Source: an uncultured Flavobacteriales bacterium
GTDB lineage: Bacteria > Bacteroidota > Bacteroidia > Flavobacteriales > BACL11
NCBI GenBank assembly: GCA_913063045.1
Contig: CAJXYM010000007.1
Location: forward strand, 8,993-72,992
Direction: 5' to 3'
DNA: 64,000 nucleotides
Positions within the stretch are counted from its first letter, which is position 1, and every line of letters begins with the position of its first letter. The translations under genes and the position numbers were made by a program. This document shows positions 62,679 through 64,000 of the stretch, in pieces. The notes beneath the pieces were generated by a model. The model did no database searches. It was not told the DNA's origin and saw only the letters and a program-made list of their open reading frames with translations.

Positions 62679-64000
62679 ATGAAATTATACGATTTTTCAG
62701 ACAGACACATTGGCCCAAGATCACTAGATGTAAAAACAATGTTAAAAAAAGTTGGGGTTGATAGTATTAGTCAGCTAATTGATGAGACAGTTCCTTCACA
62801 AATTCGATTAAATAAAGAGATGGATTTACCAGCCTCAATGACTGAAAATAAGTTTTTTGAGCATATGAAAAGTTTAGCCTCAAAAAACAAAAATTTTCGC
62901 TCTTATATTGGTATGGGTTATTACAACACTATTTTGCCTGGAGTTATTCAGAGAAACGTTTTAGAGAATCCAGGTTGGTATACGTCATACACAGCTTATC
63001 AGGCCGAAGTTTCTCAAGGTCGTTTAGAAGCGCTCTTAAATTTTCAGACAATGGTAAGTGATTTGACAGCAATGGATTTAGCAAATGCTTCTCTGTTGGA
63101 TGAAGGAACGTCAGCTGCAGAAGCTATGATAATGTTATATAATTCAAGATCAAGATCACAAAAAAAAGAAGATGTTAGTAGATTTTTTGTTTCCGAATTA
63201 TGTCTTCCTCAAACAATTGATATATTAAAAACAAGATCTGAGCCCCTTAATATAGATCTTGTTATAGGTGACCATGAAAGTATAGAAATAGATCATTCAT
63301 TTTTTGGGGTTATACTTCAATATCCAGCAAAGTTTGGTGCCGTTATAGATTACTCGGAGTTTACAAGAAAAGTTAAAGAAAAAGATGTTTGTGTGGTAGT
63401 AGCCGCTGATCTTCTTAGTTTAAGTTTATTAAAGCCACCAGGTGAATGGGGTGCAGATGTTGTTGTTGGTACAACGCAAAGGTTTGGTATTCCCTTAGCA
63501 TATGGAGGTCCTCATGCTGCATATTTTGCTACATCTGAGAAGTATAAAAGAAATATTCCAGGTAGAATTATTGGTGTTAGTGAAGATGCTGATGGAAAAA
63601 GAGCCTTAAGGATGGCTTTACAAACAAGAGAGCAACATATTAAAAGAGAAAAAGCTACATCTAATATTTGTACTGCTCAAGCTCTTCTAGCAGTGATGGC
63701 TGGAATGTATGGAGTTTTTCACGGGCCAGATGGTATAAAGGCTATTGGATCTTCTATTCATAAGAATACACAAGTATTGGCGGAGGGGTTAAAGCAATTA
63801 GGCTTTCATCAATTAAATGAAAGCTATTTTGACACACTTTTAATATCTGTTGGTCATGTAACAATGGATCACATTATTCAAAACTCTTTAGATGCATATA
63901 TTAACTTTAATATTATTGATGAAAAACATATTTCAATTAGTCTGGACGAAAAGGATGATATAGAATCCATACAAAAGATACTTGAAGTTTTTGCTAAAAG
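62679..64000 (+). CDS. gcvP: Glycine dehydrogenase (decarboxylating) GcvP, 5' part (runs off the window)
   Basis: Absent from the ORF track because no stop lies in the window. My translation gives MKLYDFSDRHIGPRSLDVKTML...NPGWYTSYTAYQAEVSQGRLEALLNFQTM, typical of the P-protein. Confidence 0.92.
   Translation, partial: MKLYDFSDRHIGPRSLDVKTMLKKVGVDSISQLIDETVPSQIRLNKEMDLPASMTENKFFEHMKSLASKNKNFRSYIGMGYYNTILPGVIQRNVLENPGWYTSYTAYQAEVSQGRLEALLNFQTMVSDLTAMDLANASLLDEGTSAAEAMIMLYNSRSRSQKKEDVSRFFVSELCLPQTIDILKTRSEPLNIDLVIGDHESIEIDHSFFGVILQYPAKFGAVIDYSEFTRKVKEKDVCVVVAADLLSLSLLKPPGEWGADVVVGTTQRFGIPLAYGGPHAAYFATSEKYKRNIPGRIIGVSEDADGKRALRMALQTREQHIKREKATSNICTAQALLAVMAGMYGVFHGPDGIKAIGSSIHKNTQVLAEGLKQLGFHQLNESYFDTLLISVGHVTMDHIIQNSLDAYINFNIIDEKHISISLDEKDDIESIQKILEVFAK

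Noticed and set aside
1-64000. Searched for mobile elements, defence systems (restriction-modification, toxin-antitoxin, Cas, retron-like reverse transcriptase), prophage genes, and rRNA or tRNA genes
   Set aside because: No ORF shows integrase, transposase, nuclease-methylase or reverse-transcriptase motifs. Intergenic regions are too short (224 bp or less) and too AT-rich for structured RNA genes. So the glycan island is not visibly bounded by mobility genes.
41187-64000. gcvH and gcvP in the same window, taken as a split glycine-cleavage operon interrupted by the glycan island
   Set aside because: The genes are about 21 kb apart, and gcvH sits in the ruvA-sprA-gcvH arrangement that I recall as typical of flavobacteria. 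There is no gcvT and no remnant of a joint operon, so co-location is probably coincidental.

Overview
AT-rich (roughly 30% GC by eye) chromosomal segment of a Bacteroidota/Flavobacteriia-type genome. Supporting this placement: the SprA type IX secretion (T9SS) translocon, T9SS C-terminal sorting domains, an alternative complex III operon, and TAnnTTTG -7 promoter boxes ahead of first genes. There are about 60 tightly packed CDS. I saw no rRNA, tRNA, CRISPR array, transposase or integrase. Left third: envelope core (skp-skp-bamA-uppS, nadK, pdxJ), a LuxE-like/GNAT/MBL operon, trmB, Fe-S carrier genes and actABCDEF. Middle: ruvB, a tightly packed minus-strand operon of exported thiol-redox and beta-barrel proteins ending in ubiX plus two tiny ORFs, two T9SS cargo genes, then ruvA-sprA-gcvH-tonB. 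Right third (about 42.3-60 kb): a Wzx/Wzy-type surface-glycan locus. It carries four PAPS-type sulfotransferases and is headed by the PAP phosphatase CysQ. It also has an SDR enzyme, a secreted glycosidase-like protein, GT2, a convergent MBOAT+SGNH pair, GT4, gmhA/gmhB and a Wzi-like outer-membrane protein. After it come tsaB, a DEAD-box helicase with a 21-bp tandem repeat, and the 5' part of gcvP. The best candidate for an undescribed system is this sulfated-polysaccharide biosynthesis locus. Second is the TlpA/DUF6029-like/Omp28-like envelope operon. All functional calls rest on motifs read from the translations; no database search was possible.
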